Shown here piece by piece: positions 63,715-64,000 of a DNA stretch of 64,000 nucleotides; position 1 is the first letter of the stretch; each line of letters starts with the position of its first letter. The notes under the pieces were generated by a model. It was not told the DNA's origin and made no database searches. It saw only the letters and a program-made list of their open reading frames with translations. Source of the stretch: the human T2T-CHM13v2.0 reference genome, Homo sapiens; assembly GCF_009914755.1 (NCBI RefSeq), contig NC_060934.1, one strand, 5' to 3'. The position numbers and the translations under genes were made by a program.

Positions 63715-64000
63715 CAATTAACCCTTGAACAACTTGAAGGTTAGGGCAGTATGCATACTCCTCCATACTCCAAATTCTGTGTATAACTTTTGCCTTCCCA
63801 AAAACTTAACGACTCATAGTCCACTATTGACGGGAAACCTTATCCATAAGATAAACCGTTGATTAACATGTATTTTGTATGTTCTATGTATTTTGTACTG
63901 TATTCTTACAATAAAGTAAGCTAGAGAAAAGGAAATGTTATTAAGCAAATCATAAGAGAAAATGTATTTGTTATTCATTAAGTGGGAGTGGATCGTCATA
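63715..64000 (+). mobile_element. Tigger2a-like (TcMar-Tigger) DNA transposon, runs off the window end
   Basis: TA target followed by caattaacccttgaacaac terminus; tattcttacaataaagtaagctagagaaaag. Confidence 0.85.

Overview
Human genomic DNA (a diagnostic AluYa5 and an AluYc1 are present). The window is non-coding (intergenic or deep intronic) and repeat-dense, and I cannot identify the locus. No protein-coding exon, RNA gene or processed pseudogene is supportable: the long ORFs in the track come from Alu, LTR12, decayed L1 or purine/pyrimidine low-complexity sequence. Content: about 50 Alu copies or fragments; ERV/MaLR solo LTRs (MER51/50-like, MER41B, MST, LTR12C, MER65-like, LTR26-like, LTR33/41-like), several with intact target-site duplications (TSDs); an ERVL internal remnant with its LTR; fragmented old L1 and L2; DNA transposons (MER2, Tigger2a, MADE2, MER5); and Alu-free blocks that look regulatory. 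I cannot claim a new biological system. Best leads: (i) a MER41B LTR with two intact GAS/STAT motifs about 3 kb from an LTR12C promoter pointing toward it; (ii) a 74-bp near-perfect palindrome in unique DNA at 11.4 kb; (iii) fossil template-switch/repair events, including a 101-bp templated insertion inside an Alu and a locally duplicated Alu with a fold-back junction; (iv) two very young, possibly polymorphic Alus. Repeat subfamily names come from recalled consensus sequences and should be confirmed with RepeatMasker/Dfam. Boundaries of old repeats are approximate.
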